From Macrostomum lignano (lineage: Eukaryota): a stretch of DNA of 64,000 nt. Location of the stretch: contig NIVC01002525.1 in NCBI GenBank assembly GCA_002269645.1, positions 100,409-164,408 on the forward strand, given 5' to 3'. The position numbers were made by a program, and so were the translations under genes. Position 1 is the first letter of the stretch. Each line of letters begins with the position of its first letter. Shown here one piece after another: positions 13,340-27,039 of the stretch. The notes beneath the pieces were generated by a model that was not told the origin of the DNA, made no database searches, and saw only the letters and a program-made list of their open reading frames with translations.

Positions 13340-13645
13340 TATGTACTTTAATCATCTGGAGGTGTACTTTTATCATTTAGGTTTGTACCTTCATCATCTA
13401 GATATTATGTATTTTTATCATCCCGACATAATGTACTTTTATCTAAACATTGTGTACTTCTATCTAGATATGTACATTTATCATCCAGACATATGTACTT
13501 TCATCATCTAGATATGTACTTCAATCATCTAGAGATGTACTTTTTATTACCTAGACATGTGACTTTTATCATCTAAAAATCTACTTTCATCATCTAGAGA
13601 TGTACTTGTACTTGTATCATTTAGACATGTACTTTCATCATCTAA
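13340..13645. repeat. Degenerate ~20-25-bp repeat (TCATCATCTAGATATGTACTT) in a probable 5'UTR intron of p190RhoGAP
   Basis: ATCATCTAGA and ATGTACTT motifs recur and end just before the acceptor GTATTGCAG at 13671. Confidence 0.75.
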
Positions 13646-13794
13646 ACACTATCTATTGTGCCGTATTGCAGGTAGAAGCTTGCCAATTGTCGTGGCGTCA
13701 ATTTTCAAGGTTTCTGCCAAAGGCTAACCTAGTTTTAAATAACTAGTTAATAAACTAGGTGTTCAACGGAAGAGGACGCTAAATTGGCAGACAG

Positions 13795-16700
13795 ATGCTG
13801 ATGAGAGGCTCCCCACTCAGTGCTGGCAGCGGCGGCGGCGCCAGCGGAGGCGGCAGTGGCGGAGGCGGCACACTGTACTCCGTCAGCGTTATCGGTATGT
13901 CAGCAAAGTCGGCAGAAGCGGAAGGTCGCGGCGTTGGGAAATCCTGTCTGTGCAACAGATTTGTCCGGCCCGGAGCCGATAATTATCGAGACAGGTGAGC
14001 GAACCTGTCTGTTTAAGACGGATCTCTGCCTTCACACTTTGAATGCACTTTTAGTGGTCGCATTAGCTCGTCTTAAAAAGTCAACAATGGAATCAGTCTG
14101 AATTACCTGTCAGAGTCAGTCTGAATTACCTGTCAGAGTCAGTCTGAATTACCTGTCAGAGTCAGTCTGAATTACCTTTCAGAGTCAGTCTGAATTACCT
14201 GTCAGATTCAGTTTGAATTACCTGTCAGAATCAGTCTGAATTAACTGTCAGAGTCAGTCTGAATTACCTGTCAGTTAGTTTGAATTACCTGTCAGAGTTA
14301 GTCTGAGTTACCTGTCAGAGTCAGTCTGAATTACCTGTCAGAGTCAGTCTGAATTACCTGTCAGAGTCAGTCTAAGTTACCTGTCAGAGTCAGTCTGAAT
14401 TACCTGTCAGAATCAGTCTGAATTAACTGTCAGAGTCAGTCTGAATTACCTGTCAGAATCAGTCTGAATTAACTGTCAGAGTCAGTCTGAATTACCTGTC
14501 AGAATCAGTCTGAATTAACTGTCAGAGTCAGTCTGAATTAACTGTCAGAGTCAGTCTGAATTACCTGTCAGAGTCAGTCTGAATTACCTGTCAGAGTTAG
14601 TCTGAATTAACTGTCAGAGTCAGTCTGAATTACCTGTCAGAATCAGTTTGAATTACCTGTCAGAGTCAGTCTGAATTACCTGTCAGAGTCAGTCTGAATT
14701 ACCTGTCAGAGTCAGTCTGAATTACCTGTCAGAGTCAGTCTGAATTACCTGTCAGAGTCAGTCTGAATTACCTTTCAGAGTCAGTCTGAATTACCTGTCA
14801 GAATCAGTTTGAATTACCTGTCAGATTCAGTTTGAATTACCTGTCAGAGTCAGTCTGAATTACCTGTCAGAGTCAGTCTGAATTACCTGTCAGAGTCAGT
14901 CTGAATTACCTGTCAGAGTCAGTCTGAATTACCTGTCAGAGTCAGTCTGAATTACCTGTCAGAATCAGTCTGAATTAACTGTCAGAGTCAGTCTGAATTA
15001 CCTGTCAGAATCAGTCTGAATTAACTGTCAGAGTCAGTCTGAATTACCTGTCAGAATCAGTCTGAATTACCTGTCAGAGTCAGTCTGAATTACCTGTCAG
15101 AGTCAGTCTGAATTACCTGTCATAATCAGTCTGAATTACCTGTCAGAGTCAGTCTGAATTACCTGTCAGAATCAGTCTGAATTACCTGTCAGAGTCAGTC
15201 TGAATTACCTGTCAGAGTCAGTCTGAATTACCTTTCAGAGTCAGTCTGAATTACCTGTCAGAATCAGTTTAATTACCTGTCAGAATCAGTCTGAATTACC
15301 TGTCAGAGTCAGTCTGAATTACCTGTCAGAATCAGTTTGAATTACCTGTCAGAATCAGTTTGAATTACCTGTCAGAGTCAGTCTGAATTACCTGTCAGAG
15401 TCAGTCTGAATTACCTGTCAGAGTCAGTCTGAATTACCTTTCAGAGTCAGTCTGAATTACCTGTCAGAGTCAGTCTGAATTACCTGTCAGAGTCAGTCTG
15501 AATTACCTGTCAGAGTCAGTCTGAATTACCTGTCAGAGTCAGTCTGAATTACCTGTCATAATCAGTCTGAATTACCTGTCAGAGTCAGTCTGAATTACCT
15601 GTCAGAGTCAGTCTGAATTACCTGTCAGAGTCAGTCTGAATTACCTTTCAGAGTCAGTCTGAATTACCTGTCAGAATCAGTTTGAATTACCTGTCAGAAT
15701 CAGTCTGAATTACCTGTCAGAATCAGTTTGAATTACCTGTCAGAATCAGTCTGAATTACCTGTCAGAGTCAGTCTGAATTACCTGTCAGAATCAGTTTGA
15801 ATTACCTGTCAGAATCAGTCTGAATTACCTGTCAGAGTCAGTCTGAATTACCTGTCAGAGTCAGTCTGAATTACCTGTCAGAGTCAGTCTGAATTACCTG
15901 TCAGATTCAGTTTGAATTACCTGTCAGAGTCAGTCTGAATTACCTTTCAGAGTCAGTCTGAATTACCTGTCAGAATCAGTTTGAATTACCTGTCAGAATC
16001 AGTCTGAATTACCTGTCAGAGTCAGTCTGAATTACCTGTCAGAGTCAGTCTGAATTACCTGTCAGAGTCAGTCTGAATTACCTGTCAGAATCAGTTTGAA
16101 TTACCTGTCAGAGTCAGTCTGAATTACCTGTCAGAATCAGTTTGAATTACCTGTCAGAATCAGTCTGAATTACCTTTCAGAGTCAGTCTGAATTACCTGT
16201 CAGAATCAGTTTGAATTACCTGTCAGAATCAGTTTGAATTACCTGTCAGAGTCAGTCTGAATTACCTGTCAGAATCAGTTTGAATTACCTGTCAGAATCA
16301 GTCTGAATTACCTTTCAGAGTCAGTCTGAATTACCTGTCAGAATCAGTCTGAATTACCTGTCAGAGTCAGTCTGAATTACCTGTCAGAATCAGTCTGAAT
16401 TACCTGTCAGAATCAGTTTGAATTACCTGTCAGAATCAGTCTGAATTACCTGTCAGAGTCAGTCTGAATTACCTGTCAGAATCAGTTTGAATTACCTGTC
16501 AAAATCAGTCTGAATAGCAGCGGAAATTAATTACAAACGCGGCCCACCATTCCAGACACAGCTCCATAGTGTCAGAGCCAGATTTCGCTGGTCAAGTATT
16601 GCGCAGCAGCCACTGGATCTACTGGGGCATCGGGCAGGTGGCGCAAAGCCATCAACGATTTCACGTAGTTGAACAGACGGAGATTGCTAACGACGCTAAT

Positions 16701-19700
16701 TTGCGGGTATTCGGCTACAGCGAGCCTTATCATGCCAGGTGTACAGCAACGAAACTGTACACCAGCCAGAAGCTTGCCTGGATTTGCTCCGATCAGCTCG
16801 GCTTTGAAGACGATTATCCGAAAATTCAAGCACCGGATGGCGCTCTATTAATTAACGGATTCTTGCTGTGTTTTGATGCTTCCGCAAATTTTGAGCGGCA
16901 ATGCGCTTTCTTGAAAGAGGTGGCGCCGTATTTAGGTGAGGAATCCGGTTGCTTTGCTAGGGTGTGTAGTAGGGCTGTCAAGAGGGTAAGACAGGGCAGT
17001 AAGGAGAGTAGACACGTGTGGTAGACAAATTTGGAGTAGACCCATGAGAGACACGAGGGGTAGACACATGTCGGATAAACCATGAGGGGTAGACCATGAG
17101 GGATAGACCCTGAGGGTTAGAATACATGTGGGGTAGACACATGTGGGGTAGACACATGAGGGGTAGACACATAAGGGGTAGACACATGAGGGGTAGACAC
17201 CTGTGGGGTAGACACATGTCGGATAAACCATGAGGGGTAGACCATGAGGGATAGACCCTGAGGGTTAGAATACATGTGGGGTAGACACATGTGGGGTAGA
17301 CACATGAGGGGTAGACACATGAGGGGTAGAAACATGAGGGGTAGACACATGAGGGGTAGACACGTGTGGGGTAGACACATGAGGGGTAGACACATGAGGG
17401 GTAGACACATGAGGGGTTGACACATGAGGGGTAGACACATGAGGGGTAGACACATGAGGGGTAGACACATGAGGGGTAGACACATGAGGGGTAGACACAT
17501 GAGGGGTAGACACATGAGGGGTAGACACATGTGGGGTAGACACATGAGGGGTAAACACATGAGGGGTAGACACATGTGGGGTAGACACATGAGGGGTAAA
17601 CACATGAGGGGTAGACACATGTGGGGTAGACACATGAGGGGTAAACACATGTGGGGTAGACAGGTTCATCAACTCAGCATAATCCGGCCGTCTCAATCGG
17701 TTTCCTCTCTCATCCCGCAACCCCAGCCAAAGCCAAACGGCCCAGCGTCCTGGCCGTGACCAAGATGGACCTGATAGCCAATCAGCCCGAGCTGCACGCT
17801 CGCCAAATGGAGGCGCTGCGCAAAGCGGCCAAGAATCTGTCTAACCTAGCCGGCACTGTGGAAACCTCCGCCCAGTTAGGCGTCAACGTTGACGAAGCGT
17901 TCCGCCTTCTGGCTGGCGCTATCGAGAAAAGCCGGCCTCGAGCGGCGCCGTATGCCGAAGCTTTAATGGGGCATCAGGCCGCTTGTGACAGCGCTCGTCA
18001 GGGTTTTAATCAGCTGTTGCAGGCCACGCTTAGCTTAACTGTCTCTCTGCAGCCTAGCGGTCAAGCTTGGCAAGCCTGGCTGAGAGCTAACGGCTCTAAG
18101 AGAGAGTTTGCCGATTTTATTTCTTTGTTTGGCACCGGAAATGCTAGGAATGAGTTTGATAGGTGAGCTGCGTTAGGGATATTTCTGCGTGTTTAATATC
18201 CCATCTTCCATGATCCTGAAATCTCTATCCCCAATCTCCCATTTCTATCCCCAATCTCCCATTTCTATCCCTAATCTCCCATTTCTATCCCCCATTCCCA
18301 TTTCTATCCCCAATCTCCCATTTCTATCCCCAATCTCCCATTTCTATCCCCAATCTCCCATTTCTATCCCTAATCTCCCATTTCTATCCCCCATTCCCAT
18401 TTCTATCCCCAATCTCCCATTTCTATCCCCAATCTCCCATTTCTATCCCCAATCTCCCATTTCTATCCCTAATCTCCCATTTCTATCCCCCATTCCCATT
18501 TCTATCCCCAATCTCCCATTTCTATCCCCAGTCTCCCATTTCTATCCCCAATCTCCCATTTCTATCCCCAATCTCCCATTTCTATCCCCAATCTCCCATT
18601 TCTATCCCCAATCTCCCATTTCTATCCCCAATCTCCCATTTCTATCCCCAATCTCCCATTTTTATCCCCATTCCCATTTCTATCCCCAATCTCCCATTTC
18701 TATCCCCAATCTCCCATTTCTATCCCCAATCTCCCATTTCTATCCCCAATCTCCCATTTCTATCCCCAATCTCCCATTTCTATCCCCAATCTCCCATTTC
18801 TATCCCCAATCTCCCATTTCTATCCCCAATCTCCCATTTCTATCCCCAATCTCCCATTTCTATCCCCAATCTCCCATTTCTATCCCCAATCTCCCATTTC
18901 TATCCCCAATCTCCCATTTCTATCCCCAATCTCCCATTTCTATCCCCAATCTCCCATTTCTATCCCCAATCTCCACTTCTATCCCCAATCTCCCATCTCT
19001 ATCCCCATTCCCACTTCTATCCCAAATCTCCCATTTCTATCCCCATTCCTACTTCTATCCCAAATCTCCCATTTCTATCCCCATTCCTACTTCTATCCCC
19101 AATCTCCTATTTCTATCCCCATTCCTACTTCTGTCCCCAATCTCCCATTTCTATCCCCATTCCTACTTCTATCCCAAATCTCCCATTTCTATCCCCATTC
19201 CTACTTCTATCCCCAATCTCCTATTTCTATCCCCATTCCTACTTCTATCCCCAATCTCCCATTTCTATCCCCAATCCCATTTCTATCCCAAATCCCATTT
19301 CTATCCCAAATCCCATCCAATCCAGATGCGCGGCCTCGCTGCGCGATCGCGCGGTGTCCGAACGTCGAGAAGTGATCGGGCAGCGGCTCAGGAAGCTGCT
19401 GGACACGGCGTACCCGCTGGAGACCGCCGAACCGGCCAGGCTGATGCGACACGACTCGGTTGTTAAACGGCTGCTGCACATTGGGGGCGATCAGCACTTT
19501 GTCAGCGTTACCAACGCCTGGCAGGAGAATAGGGACTATTTAGCCTCTTTGGACACCAGGATTCCTTACAATTTCCTCATTAATAAGGCCGAGTCTAGTC
19601 AGATCTTTATGGTGAGTTTTATCTCATTCTGGTCACTCTGATCCTGCAATTCTGGTCACTCTGATGCTGCAATTCAGGCCACTGATCCTGCCATTCTGGT

Positions 19701-22235
19701 CACTGATCCTGATATTCTGGTCACTCTGATCCTGCAATTCGGGCCACTGATCCTGCAATTCGGGCCACTGATCCTGCCATTCTGGTCACTGATCCTGCCA
19801 TTCTGGTCACTGATCCTGATATTCTGGTCACTCTGATCCTGCAATTCTGGTCACTGATCCTGATATTCTGGTCACTGATCCTGCAATTCGGGCCACTGAT
19901 CCTGCCATTCTGGTCACTGATCCTGATATTCTGGTCACTGATCCTGCAATTCGGGCCACTGATCCTGCCATTCTGGTCACTGATCCTGCAATTCGGGCCA
20001 CTGATCCGGCCATTCTGGTCACTGATCTGGCCATTCTGGTCACTGATCCTGATATTCTGGTCACTGATCCTGCAATTCGGGCCACTGATCCTGCCATTCT
20101 GGTCACTGATCCTGATATTCGGGTCACTCTGATCCTGCAATTCTGGTCACTCTGATCCTGCAATTCAGGCCACTGATCCGGCCATTCTGGTCACTGATCC
20201 GGCCATTCTGGTCACTGATCTGGCCATTCTGGTCACTGATCCGGCCATTCTGGTCACTAATCCAGCTATTCTGGTCACTGATCCGGCCATTCTGGTCACT
20301 GATCTGGCCATTCTAGTCACTCTAATCGTGGAATTCTGGTTACTTTGATCCCTCATTTCTGTCACTCTGATCCCCACTTTTTGTCACTCTGTTCCCTCAT
20401 TCTGGTCACCCTGACTTCGATTCGTGTCACTCTTAATTTTACGTGATAATCACTTTGATTCTGATCACTTTCTCAAATTCATCGCCCATTCCCAGGACCA
20501 CCGGGATCGCATACAGCAGCGCCGGCGCCGTGACGTTCTCAAGGCCCAGGTGCTGGCCTCTCTGCGCGAGTCTCCGTCCTGTCTAGCAGGCGCAGCCAGC
20601 CTGGAAGACCTGTTTCGCCTGGTGCCCCTGGCAACGCTAGAAACGGCGCTAACCGAGCACGGCAAATCCGGTCTGCAGGCTTTGCTGCCCGAACTGCAGC
20701 TGGAGGGTCGGCGATTAGCGTTTGCCGAGGTTCATGAGTGGCTGCTTGAACGGTCTGAGCTAGTGCCCGTGTTGGTAGGTTTGAAATGCATTCTTATGGG
20801 ATTCTTTAATAACTGCCGATATGTATCGATTCTATTCTTACTCTGTACTGATATGCTTCGATTCTGTTCTTAATGACTGCCGATATGTATTGATTCTATT
20901 CCTAATAACTGCCGATGTTTATCGATTCTATTCCTAATGGCTGCCAATATGTATCGATTATATTCTTTATGGCTGCCGATATGTATTGATTCTATTCTTA
21001 ATGACTGCCGATGTGTATCGATTCTATTCTTAATGACTGCCGATATGTATCGATTCTATTCTTAATGACTGCCGATATGTATTGATTCTATTCTTACTGG
21101 CTGCCGATGTGTATCGATTTTTTTCTTTAATAGGTGCCGTTATGTATTTATTCTATTCTTAATGGCTGCCGATATCTATCAATTTTTTTCTTTAATGGGT
21201 GCTGATATGTATTGATTCTATTCTTAATGACTGCCGATATGTATTGATTCTATTCTTATGACTGCCGATATGTATTGATTCTATTCCTATGACTGCCGAT
21301 ATGTATCGATTCTATTCTTAATGACTGCCGATATGTATTGATTCTATTCTTATGGCTGCCGATATGTATTGATTCTATTCTTATGAACTCCGATATGTAT
21401 TGATTCCATTCTTAATGGCTGCCGATATGTATCGATTCTATTCTTACTCAGTCGATATGTATCGATTCTATTCTTATTGTTGCCGATATGTATCGAAACT
21501 CATCATAGTACGCCGTACCGTGGACCGCAGGAATCCGGTCCAACAGACGAAGACGTCCGCCGGGCTGCCAAACTGATGAAGCGCGACACCCGCTGCTCAA
21601 ATCTGCTGCAGCTGCTTCGGCCAGACAAGGCCAAGGATATCGCCAGAGTCTGGTTCGACCTGCCCAACGACGCGTCGGCTTGTCGACTCCGGCCATGCGC
21701 CGATTACACGGTGCCGGAGGCCCTGACCGAGCACCATCGCGGCCAGGTGTCAGTGCCGCAGCTGCTGCTCCTAGGCCAGCCCCAGCTGGTTCGCCAGTTC
21801 AAACGGGCCTGCCGTCATCTGCGCCAACAGCCGGGCTGCTTTCACCTGCCCGACGGGTCGCCGCCGCTGCAGGTGGAGGTCCGAGCGCCAACCCTGGCGC
21901 AACTCCGACAGACTGGCGCCGGGATAGTCGGCGCTTCGAATGTCGACGAATCGACGGGCGCTGACGTAGCTGGCGGGTTGAACTGCGTACTGCTGTACTC
22001 TGGCGACTCTGGCAGCCTGGAGGAGGCGCGCTCCTTTGTACACTCATTGCCCGCTCTGAGAGACGCCGCGTTGGCCTATGAAGAGGAGAGCGCCTACGAG
22101 AGCCTGGGGCCCGGCTCGCCGGCGCACAACCAGCTGACTCAGCCGCCCCAGCAGCCGCCTACGCCGCCTCATCAGCAGCAGTCGGAGACTGCCACCAATT
22201 CTCGAATTGGTGAGTATTCATGTTTGCCTCTCAGC

Positions 22236-22272
<37 letters not shown>

Positions 22273-22303
22273 ATCCGTCTGTGTGTCTGTGTGTCTGTCT
22301 GTG

Positions 22304-22334
<31 letters not shown>

Positions 22335-22407
22335 CTGTCTGTCTGTGTGTCTGTCTGTCTGTCTGTGTGTCTGTCTGTCTGTCTGTCTGTCTGTGTGTCT
22401 GTCTGTG

Positions 22408-22498
<91 letters not shown>

Positions 22499-22527
22499 GT
22501 GTCTGTCTGTCTGTGTGTCTGTGTGTG

Positions 22528-22566
<39 letters not shown>

Positions 22567-22695
22567 GTGTCTGTCCGTCTGTCTGTCTGTCTGTGTGTCT
22601 GTCTGTGTGTCTGTGTGTCTGTCTGTCTGTCTTTCTGTCTGTCCGTCTGTCTGTCTGTCTGTGTGTCTGTCTGTGTGTCTGTGTGTCTGTCTGTG

Positions 22696-22750
<55 letters not shown>

Positions 22751-22816
22751 CTGTCTGTCTGTCCGTCTGTCTGTCTGTCTGTCTGTCCGTCTGTCTGTCT
22801 GTCTGTCCGTCTGTCC

Positions 22817-22850
<34 letters not shown>

Positions 22851-22987
22851 GTGTCTGTCCGTCTGTCTGTCTGTCTGTGTGTCTGTCTGTGTGTCTGTGT
22901 GTCTGTCTGTCTGTCTTTCTGTCTGTCCGTCTGTCTGTCTGTCTGTGTGTCTGTCTGTGTGTCTGTGTGTCTGTCTGTGTGTCTGTG

Positions 22988-23026
<39 letters not shown>

Positions 23027-25596
23027 CTGTCTGTCTGTCCGTCTGTCTGTCTGTCTGTCCGTCTGTCTGTCTGTCTGTCCGTCTGTCCGTCTGTCTGTCT
23101 GTCTGTCCGTCTGTCTGTCTGTCTGTCCGTCTGTCTTTCTGTCTGTCTGTCTGTCTGTTTGTCTATCTGTCTCACGTCCCAAACTGCCCCCGCAGCCGTC
23201 TGCTGCCTCTCGCCGTCAACCGACGATTCGTTGCTAAGCCAGGGCCGTCAGCTGGCCGCCAGCATCCGCGCCCGCCATCTGGAGTGCCAGCAGCCGCCGT
23301 CGCAGACCTGCCGACAGTCGCCCACAAGCGACGACGCCAACTCTTCTACATCGTCCTCGCCGATCGTTGGCCAGCAGCAGCAGCGTCGAAACATCATCGC
23401 AGTTGCCGACATCAACGACAGCTTGAAGCAGCTGGCTGAGGACTGCCTGACCCGCCTGCTACCTGCGGCTGTTGAAGCCGCCGGCGCGTCGACTCAAGCA
23501 GCATCGACAAATTTGTCGACACAAACGGCCAACTCGACAGCGACGCCAACGTCTGGCGCTTCGACATCATCGTCGACCCCGACACCGTCGTCGGCTCTGC
23601 TAGTCGCCCTAGTCTGCGGCGATCCCGACATTCCATGCAGCATCGCCCGCCTGCTGGCGGCCCTGCCAGTTCGCAGGTCAGCTCAGCTGCACCGGGTCGG
23701 GCACGACTCGCTGCTGTTCACCGTGGCCAACACTGCTAGCCCGCTAGCCGCCGCTGCAAACGGCTCCGGCCCAATGTCCGCTACTAAAGAGAATTGCATG
23801 CTACTAATAGTAGCTTCGTTTCATCGGGCCTGGCGAATTCTACGCCAGCCTCAGCAGCAGCATCAGAGCCAGCCTACTAGACTGTTGATTGTGTACAACT
23901 CTATTCGGAGAGCGTCCTACGTTTGCGCTAAGCAGTTCGCCACGGCCGTTGCTAGCGGCCCTCGCACGCCCTACCTGCTGGTTAACGTCGGTCCGAAATC
24001 TCCCGGCAATCCGGACTTTCATTTAGACGACTACGCCGTCGACTCGTCGATATTGTCGAATTTTGTCATTGCCGGGGCTACGGCGCCTTGGCGACAGTTG
24101 ATCTCCGCCACCGCCAAGACTGTGTCGCCGGCGTCGCTGCTGATGACGTCTGGCTCGTCTGGTGGCTCGGCGTCCTACTACCAGCCGTGCCCTGACGATG
24201 CCGACGATCACAGCCTCCCAGCTGGCATTGCCGCCGCGGGCAGCCTGGAGCCGCAGTACTACACTCCTCTTGGCGATGGAGACGCGGCCGGCATAGCGCC
24301 GGTGGCAGCGACAATGCCGGAGGTGTATGCCTCGCCGCCTGATTGCTACTCAATGGCTGCGCCTGGCTTTGTCGGCTCTGCTGCGTTTGCACCTGGACCG
24401 CCACCCGACTCCACTTATTCTGACGCATTAAACGCTTTACCTGATGGCAATTTTCAAATGGTTGGCTCGGCTAAGACTCCAGCGGCTGCTGCTGCGGCGG
24501 CGGCGGCTGCTGCTGGTTCTGTTAATCCCGCTTTTACTGGAGACGAGCTCGAGGCCAGGTGAGAGAGACTGCTCTGGGATCCTCTCGGCGATAATAGTAG
24601 CTTCGGATTACTGGTCCTCATTGATCCCTATTGTAACTTTACTGATCCCCAATGATCCCCAATGATCCCCACTGGTCTCTACTGATCCCCAATGATCCCT
24701 AATGACCCTACTGATCCCCAATTATCTTTACTGATTCCCAATGGGGAACTGATCCCTACCGATCCCCAATGATCCCCAATTATCTGTGCTGATTCCCAAT
24801 GATCCCTACTGATCCCCAATGATCGCCACTGATCCCTTCTGATCCCCAATGATCCCCACTGATCCATAATGGTCCCTACTGTTCCCAAATGATCCCTACT
24901 GATCCCCTCCGATCCCCACCAATCCTCATCCCCCTTTCCGCACTCAACCTGCATTGCAGATTTAAGCAGTCAGGCCGTCACCAGCTGCGCCATCAGCCGA
25001 GCAAGCGTGACGGCGCCGCGCCGGCCGCTATCCCGCCGCTGTCGTGGTCGCAGCTGCCGTTAGATAACTCCGCATCCCCCGTTCCAGCCTGCTTATCCGC
25101 CTGCGTCGCCTACATCGAAGCCAACGGCGGTCTGGCCACCGAAGGCGTCTATCGAACCTGCGGCAACGCGTACGACATTGCCGACACAGTCAGCCTGTTG
25201 CTAAGCCAGCCGGCCGAGCTGGCCAATCGCGGGCCCAGCCTGTGCACCGTCACCTCGGCTCTGAAACAGATCATCGGTAAACTGACGCCTCCCCTGCTGC
25301 CTGAACGGCTGCTGCCGCAATTGGCTCAGCTGTGCCAGCTGCCGGTTCAGCTTGGCGAGCTGCTCCGGGCTGAGCTCGACCCGTTCCAGCTGGCCTGTCT
25401 GAAACGGCTGGCCAGACATCTTCACAGGCTTGCTGCCGCTCATGAGGTCACAAAAATGACGGCCTACAATCTGGCGCTGTGCTGGGCGCCGACTTTGCTG
25501 TCGCCTAAAAATCCTATGATGCTGCTGACTTATCGGGAGGCGTTGCAGTGCATTGTGGAATCTGTTATTCAGTCGCCCGAAGTGCTTGACGGATGA
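13795..25596 (+). CDS. RhoGAPp190: p190 RhoGAP (ARHGAP35/ARHGAP5 family); exons 13795-13994, 16556-16935, 17727-18162, 19326-19611, 20496-20774, 21531-22209, 23196-24558, 24960-25596 (1419 aa)
   Basis: N-terminal GTPase domain ([42 protein letters not shown]), FF-like region ([14 protein letters not shown]), pG1 ([13 protein letters not shown]), pG2 (ALVCGDP) and RhoGAP domain with arginine finger (EGVYRTCG; [15 protein letters not shown]). All 7 introns are GT-AG and phase-consistent, giving a 4260-nt CDS. Confidence 0.95.
14091..16515. repeat. 23-bp minisatellite (GAGTCAGTCTGAATTACCTGTCA), ~105 copies, p190 intron 1
   Basis: Direct tandem copies fill ~2425 of the 2561 intron nt. Confidence 0.97.
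17005..17662. repeat. 15-bp minisatellite (GAGGGGTAGACACAT), p190 intron 2
   Basis: Tandem copies, with a 148-bp higher-order duplication (TCGGATAAAC at 17071 and 17219). Confidence 0.95.
18215..19320. repeat. 20-bp minisatellite (CCCCAATCTCCCATTTCTAT), p190 intron 3
   Basis: Tandem copies grade into the acceptor ATCCAATCCAG. Confidence 0.95.
19625..20420. repeat. 21-bp minisatellite (GGTCACTGATCCTGCCATTCT), p190 intron 4
   Basis: Tandem copies starting ~10 nt after the donor. Confidence 0.95.
20805..21497. repeat. 32-bp minisatellite (GACTGCCGATATGTATCGATTCTATTCTTAAT), p190 intron 5
   Basis: Tandem copies. Confidence 0.95.
22235..23172. repeat. (CTGT)n/(GT)n compound microsatellite, p190 intron 6
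   Basis: Read directly from the sequence. Confidence 0.97.
24620..24930. repeat. ~10-bp degenerate repeat (GATCCCCAAT/GATCCCTACT), p190 intron 7
   Basis: Tandem copies. Confidence 0.9.
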
Positions 25597-25614
25597 CGAT
25601 AGAAATTTAACTCT

Positions 25615-26250
25615 ACAGCTGGGAACACCCCAGTTTCAATCCCCCGAGACAATGTACATTGGCTGGGACAACCCCAGTTTCTCTTCCCCTGAGACAATGT
25701 ACATTTGCTCTAGGGCTGGGACAACCCCAGTTTCTCTTCCCCTGAGACAATGTACATTCGCTCTAGGGCTGGGACAACCCCAGTTTCTCTTCCCCTGAGA
25801 CAATGTACATTCGCTCTAGGGCTGGGACAACCCCAGTTTCTCTTCCCCTGAGACAATGTACATTTGCTCTAGGGCTGGGACAACCCCAGTTTCTCTTCCC
25901 CTGAGACAATGTACATTCGCTCTAGGGCTGGGACAACCCCAGTTTCTCTTCCCCTGAGACAATGTACATTCGCTCTAGGGCTGGGACAACCCCAGTTTCT
26001 CTTCCCCTGAGACAATGTACATTTGCTCTAGGGCTGGGACAACCCCAGTTTCTCTTCCCCTGAGACAATGTACATTCGCTCTAGGGCTGGGACAACCCCA
26101 GTTTCTCTTCCCCTGAGACAATGTACATTCGCTCTAGGGCTGGGACAACCCCAGTTTCTCTTCCCCTGAGACAATATACATTTGCTCTAGGGCTGGGACA
26201 ACCCCAGTTTCTCTTCCTTCCCCCCCCCCCGAGACAATGTAGATTTGCTC
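25615..26250. repeat. 53-bp minisatellite immediately 3' of the p190 stop codon
   Basis: Unit GCTCTAGGGCTGGGACAACCCCAGTTTCTCTTCCCCTGAGACAATGTACATTT; period 53 (25707 to 25760). Confidence 0.95.
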
Positions 26251-27039
26251 TAATTTTCAAGATGTCAAGATGTTTTCAAGACTTCCACTCCCTATTGTGA
26301 TTAGTTTATTGTACTAGCATTAATTGACCCAGAAAATTGTGAAAAATTCATTCGCAGATCGCATCGTTTCTTTTCTCTTTGTTTTGTTACATGACGACTT
26401 TTAATCCGTTCCCGACCGACTATATATGCGAGTATTAAACTGAAGCGTTTCATTATCATGATTAAAATGTGTATACAACATATATATATACCTACTTACC
26501 CATGTCACCACCAGCGTTAATAGTAGATTGCTGTGCCTATGCGTGCGTTTTTCTGCGTAAATAAACTTGTGAAATTAAATTTTCGACTTTTTCTGCAACA
26601 ATGCAAACATCTCTTTATTCTGTTTTGTATACAGGTAATAATGATGTTTTTACTTACCTTCAGCTCAACTATTAAGGCTCTAAGCACGGTTCTCAGACAA
26701 GTAGTTTTGCACATTTTTATGCCTTACTCGTAATAGCATATTTAATTATTTAGAATAGCTTCGCTTTTTGGAATCTTTATACGCATATGCGTATCTTTTC
26801 TAAACATATTTTGCACTGCCCAGTTATAATGGCCTTTGTCTAAGCAGCGAAACGTGACAGAAATTCATTTAAAGATGGTGGCCTCAAACTTTACGATGTA
26901 TAATTGTTTTATTTGCTCATTATTGGACATTGTTAATGTGATCTTTATTAGCTATTGTCTGTTATAGTTGCCAGCTCTTTTTATACAAGAAGCTGTTTCT
27001 TTCGCTTGAATTTTATCATTGCCTGTTTGTTATGGCACA

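Noticed and set aside
14091-16515. CRISPR-like appearance of 23-38-bp repeat arrays
   Set aside because: The units are contiguous with no unique spacers, there are no cas genes and the context is eukaryotic.
21509-21530. CATAG (21508) as the p190 exon 6 acceptor
   Set aside because: It gives a phase mismatch with exon 5. CCGCAG at 21530 restores the frame.
22207-23439. Long ORFs (VCLS and RQTD repeats), including the 586-aa and 780-aa ORFs
   Set aside because: The (CTGT)n repeat lacks stop codons. Only 21531-22209 and 23196-24558 are real exons, bounded by splice sites.
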